Assembly: GCF_014697625.1 (NCBI RefSeq)
Contig: NZ_JACJSG010000078.1
Location: forward strand, 1 to 19,281
Source of the DNA: Anabaena azotica FACHB-119
GTDB taxonomy: Bacteria; Cyanobacteriota; Cyanobacteriia; Cyanobacteriales; Nostocaceae
Direction: 5' to 3'
DNA length: 19,281 nucleotides
The notes under the pieces were generated by a model. That model saw only the letters and a program-made list of their open reading frames with translations, searched no databases and was not told the DNA's origin. The translations under genes and the position numbers were made by a program. Below are positions 16,376-19,281 of the stretch, one piece after another; the first letter of the stretch is position 1; every line of letters begins with the position of its first letter.

Positions 16376-16586
16376 CCAAACTCACCCCATCCACGCCATC
16401 CAATCAGGAGACTTCGCAGTCAACTCCTCAAACATCTCCGGCTGTGCCTCATCAATTGCCATCATCACGCCCCAGCGCTCATCACTGCTGAGGGTACTGA
16501 GGAACTGTTTGACTGCATCAACCCCATGAGCTACCCGTTCCATAGCAAGCGTTGCATAATATTTCACCTGCCCCCACCATGAATCA
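16376..16586. repeat. ~210-bp dispersed direct repeat, copy A (3' ends of the paralogous genes)
   Basis: It aligns with 18148-18358 at high identity, including a ~55-nt identical run (tcgcagtcaactcctcaaacatctccggctgtgcctcatcaattgccatcatcac). Confidence 0.8.
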
Positions 16587-17404
16587 ACTGCATTGTCTTG
16601 TCCACCATCCCCCAAGCTATGACCTTCATCTTGATTAATGGGTAGGTTAGACAGTGATGATGTGTCACCAAGGGGTATTTTGATATCTATATTATTAGTG
16701 ACTGACACAGAACAATTCGCAATTCGCAATTCGCAATTCGCAATTTTTTCATCCGAGAGTTCGTCCCGGCTAAACCACTTCTTAAAAATTACATCCCGCC
16801 CATCATCAGGCGCAACAAACTTGTAGACACTCTCCCGCTTCCCCCTCGGCCCCAACCGACCAACATACGACAACCGCAAATCGATTTTGTTGAGTAACTT
16901 TTGTGCGATCGCCACAGGTGTCAACTTCTCGCTAACGGTCACATTCAGATAGTTCTTGATAACCACCCGATTCGCCACCGCAGCCCGTTTCAACTCTTGC
17001 ATAGCCTCGTCAGAACCCCTAACCTGCTTATCAGCCTGGAGTAACTGCAACAAGTTCAACTTTTCCAACAACCACACAGCACTCATTAGCTGACCCTTGT
17101 TGAAGTCGGGTTTCCAAATACAGTTTTCCCCAGCTTCAGCCTGTCCAAGCGCCCGTTTGCTGTCCCGCTTAGTCAAAAACTGCCGTCCCAGCGTGAGGTA
17201 ATAGTGCAGCCGCAGTTGGGGATACCAACCGTCATCATCCTTTTCCACCAAATCAGGCGTAACCTCAACCTCATATCGCCGGGACAACTCCGCTTTGCGC
17301 TGCTGATGCCGTTCGGCGGGAGTCTTCGCACGTTGATTTTGCAACTTCTTGAGTTGGGTATCAGTCAGGTCATTAGCGTTAGCGATCGCCCGACGCGGGA
17401 GCAA
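16382..17404 (-). CDS. 5'-truncated paralogue of the C-terminal region of a large plasmid-type protein (possibly CyRepA-like replication protein; tentative)
   Basis: 340-aa ORF starting at a TTG immediately after an in-frame stop. It aligns with the neighbouring copy from RRAIANANDL (vs RQVANAKDI), through TPDLVEKDDDG, to a nearly identical last ~65 aa (WWGQVKYYATLAMERVAHGVDAVKQFL...PDWMAWMG). The functional assignment is from memory only. Confidence 0.6.
   Translation of the reverse strand: MLPRRAIANANDLTDTQLKKLQNQRAKTPAERHQQRKAELSRRYEVEVTPDLVEKDDDGWYPQLRLHYYLTLGRQFLTKRDSKRALGQAEAGENCIWKPDFNKGQLMSAVWLLEKLNLLQLLQADKQVRGSDEAMQELKRAAVANRVVIKNYLNVTVSEKLTPVAIAQKLLNKIDLRLSYVGRLGPRGKRESVYKFVAPDDGRDVIFKKWFSRDELSDEKIANCELRIANCSVSVTNNIDIKIPLGDTSSLSNLPINQDEGHSLGDGGQDNAVDSWWGQVKYYATLAMERVAHGVDAVKQFLSTLSSDERWGVMMAIDEAQPEMFEELTAKSPDWMAWMG
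16713..16745. repeat. heptanucleotide tandem repeat (caattcg x ~4.7) inside a CDS
   Basis: caattcg repeats at 16713, 16720, 16727 and 16734, with a partial copy at 16741. It encodes IANCELRIANC on the minus strand. This resembles cyanobacterial STRR-type heptamer repeats. Confidence 0.85.
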
Positions 17405-17410
17405 CTACTT

Positions 17411-17887
17411 TCAGGCTTTTCTAAACAGTTTGGATACAACTGCTTTGAGAATATATGGTAGTAGCTTCGGAGCAGGAAAGAAAACAATCCCTAACTGCTG
17501 CATCAATCCGAGTGCATCGCCAAGCCCCCAATGCTCTACAATCTTTCCATCCTCGACTCGATCGATGTGCATGATCGACAAATTGATTTGTTTACCTGTT
17601 GGTGGAAGACCTTGAAATTCTCCAATATGTGTGGCGGTGAATCTTCCATGTGTTACAACCCTATCGCCGGAAACAATAACCTCATCAAAAATGTGTTGTC
17701 CCTGACCGAAGGCTAAATAAAATGACATCCCAAACTGCTTAAACCCTGCTCCGTCTAATGGCTGTGCTATACCCGCTAGATGAGCAACAAAGTTTGGAGC
17801 CAAAAGCTCTAAGGCTTGCTCGATTTTGCGCTCGTCAAAAGCTTTGTAGAACTGGAGAACAAGGTCTTTGTTTTGTTCAGTCAGCAT
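17411..17887 (-). CDS. SnoaL-like / ester cyclase family (NTF2-fold) protein
   Basis: 158 aa. NKDLVLQFYKAFDERKIEQALELLAPNFVAH...GDRVVTHGRFTATHIGEFQGLPPTGKQINLSIMHIDRVEDGKIVEHWGLGDALGLMQQLG matches the SnoaL-like polyketide/ester cyclase pattern. Confidence 0.75.
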   Translation of the reverse strand: MLTEQNKDLVLQFYKAFDERKIEQALELLAPNFVAHLAGIAQPLDGAGFKQFGMSFYLAFGQGQHIFDEVIVSGDRVVTHGRFTATHIGEFQGLPPTGKQINLSIMHIDRVEDGKIVEHWGLGDALGLMQQLGIVFFPAPKLLPYILKAVVSKLFRKA

Positions 17888-18147
17888 ACAGAATTTCGTT
17901 TTGAACTAGATTGTAACGCGGTAATTACGAGAACTTAACAGGTCTTTCTAGCCGACTTGAAAACACTACCTCAGCCATCACATTCAAAACACGCTGGCTT
18001 TATGCAGTATTACACATTAGAACCATTAGGTGTAAGATTTGCTCTGCGGTTTTAGTTTTGTATTATTTTAACTTACAAGAGTGCGTTCGTCTCTGACGTT
18101 GCCTTTGGCATCGCCTCTCTTGAAGCCGCATACATCGCCTTCAACCC

Positions 18148-18358
18148 CAAAACTCACCCCATCCAAGCCATCCAATCAGGAGCCGTCGCAGTCAACTCCT
18201 CAAACATCTCCGGCTGTGCCTCATCAATTGCCATCATCACCCCCCATCTTTCATCACTACTGAGGGTGAAGAGGAACTGTTTGACCGAATCTACCCCATG
18301 CGCTACCCGTTCCATTGCAAGCGTTGCATAAAATTTTACCTGCTGCCACCAAGAATCA
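18148..18358. repeat. ~210-bp dispersed direct repeat, copy B
   Basis: Counterpart of 16376-16586, in the same orientation. Confidence 0.8.
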
Positions 18359-19281
18359 CAGGGGTCAAGCTGTCCGTCCACACCCCCGCAATTATTATTC
18401 CCAATTATATTAGAGGGGGGGTTGGACGGAGCATTAACTCCATACATAGCCTGCATCCTAGCCGCATACGCCGCCTGCGCTTCTCGTTCCTCCTGTCGCC
18501 TCTTTTCTCGTTCATCCCTCAGTCGTTGCCGATACCCCAATACCTTCCGAACAAACGCTACATCCTCAGTGCTTAAGCGGTAATATCTCACCCGCTTACC
18601 ATCTTCCACAGGCCGCCGCGACTTCATAGACAAAGCAAACTGCGAAAGATACTGACTCAAAATCCACACAGGGGACTCATCAAGCGGAATAGTCAAATTC
18701 AGGATACCTTTAATATGGTTAGCATTGCGTTTGGAGAAATCAGCCAACGCCTCAATAGTTGCCTCATCCCCTTTAATCTCCAACCCATCCATTAAATCAG
18801 TCAATATCGCCCTTAGTCCCAATCGCTGACGCATCAACCAGGATGTGGAGTGATTGCCCCAGTCGGTACAGATAGATAAGCGATCGCGTTCCCCCTTATC
18901 GCGTTCCGCCACCACATCCGGCGGCGTAATAAACTCCCGCCCATGCTCATCAGTAATCATTTCCCCCGGCGCTGCTAAGATGGCTTCAAGCGCGACAATC
19001 TTTTTGATGAGCCGTCCCCCATCATCCTTCTCGACCAACTCAGGCGTGACAGTCATGCCGTAAGTATCACGAATACGAAACTTCTCGCACTCTAGGGCTT
19101 CTTCTGGTTTAAGATAATCCTGGTGTTGCCTTGCGTCGTAAGTTTTCCTATCGATGTCCTTGGCATTGGCAACCTGACGATAATGCTCAGAATCGATAGC
19201 ATTTCCCGCCGCCTTCATCAAATGCCGTGCGGCTTCATCCGTATTATCGCCGGCTGAGACAATGGTGTTGCCCATCTCAAC
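18154..19281 (-). CDS. C-terminal part of a large plasmid-type protein (possibly CyRepA-like), 5' end beyond the window
   Basis: The frame stays open to base 19281. It is a paralogue of 16382-17404 with a near-identical C-terminal ~65 aa. The middle region differs (ICTDWGNHSTSWLMRQRLGLRAIL...). Confidence 0.75.
   Translation of the reverse strand, partial: VEMGNTIVSAGDNTDEAARHLMKAAGNAIDSEHYRQVANAKDIDRKTYDARQHQDYLKPEEALECEKFRIRDTYGMTVTPELVEKDDGGRLIKKIVALEAILAAPGEMITDEHGREFITPPDVVAERDKGERDRLSICTDWGNHSTSWLMRQRLGLRAILTDLMDGLEIKGDEATIEALADFSKRNANHIKGILNLTIPLDESPVWILSQYLSQFALSMKSRRPVEDGKRVRYYRLSTEDVAFVRKVLGYRQRLRDEREKRRQEEREAQAAYAARMQAMYGVNAPSNPPSNIIGNNNCGGVDGQLDPCDSWWQQVKFYATLAMERVAHGVDSVKQFLFTLSSDERWGVMMAIDEAQPEMFEELTATAPDWMAWMG

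Noticed and set aside
16638-18263. + strand ORFs 16638-16826, 17204-17461, 17349-17615, 17531-17716 and 18081-18263
   Set aside because: Each lies antisense to a better-supported minus-strand gene. 18081-18263 is a Pro/Ser-rich mirror of the conserved C-terminal module.
1-19281. tRNA, rRNA, CRISPR-cas or prophage structural genes
   Set aside because: A scan by eye found no T-loop/acceptor structure, no rRNA-like conserved blocks, no spacer-repeat array, and no capsid, tail or integrase-like ORFs.

Overview
The window looks like a mosaic accessory or plasmid-type region of a filamentous (Nostocales-like) cyanobacterium. I counted about 22 HIP1 octamers (GCGATCGC) by eye. There is also an STRR-like heptamer tandem repeat and an IS4-family element.

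Layout, left to right:
- 1-1492: two co-oriented backbone genes of unknown function.
- ~1500-3540: a very AT-rich, HIP1-free island. It carries a membrane-anchored DUF559/Vsr-like nuclease-fold protein and a 160-aa unknown.
- 3549-6110: a divergent cassette with a 283-aa unknown, an operator-like palindrome array, a GIY-YIG+XRE-HTH fusion and a ParB/KorB-like DNA-binding protein. It is followed by a relic copy of that last gene's 3' end.
- 6619-8211: an IS4-family element with 25/26 terminal inverted repeats and a frameshifted transposase.
- 8424-10907: an 827-aa DUF4157 (HExxH) polymorphic-toxin-like protein with an internal His-Me-type nuclease-like domain and an uncharacterised ~300-aa C-terminal extension.
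- 11443-11929: a decayed UvrD-like helicase 3' remnant.
- 11930-12682: a repeat-rich intergenic region.
- 12683-16285: an NLR-like STAND locus. A 146-aa helical N-terminal module lies in frame with an NB-ARC + 14x near-identical 42-aa TPR ORF, and the two are separated only by a single TGA.
- 16382-19281: two paralogous C-terminal modules of a large plasmid-type protein, one 5'-truncated and one running off the window, flanking a SnoaL-like gene.

The candidates I consider most interesting are the TGA-split effector/NB-ARC/TPR locus, the orphan DUF4157-nuclease protein at the window centre, and the AT-rich TM-nuclease island. All domain calls come from motif recognition by eye. No searches were run.
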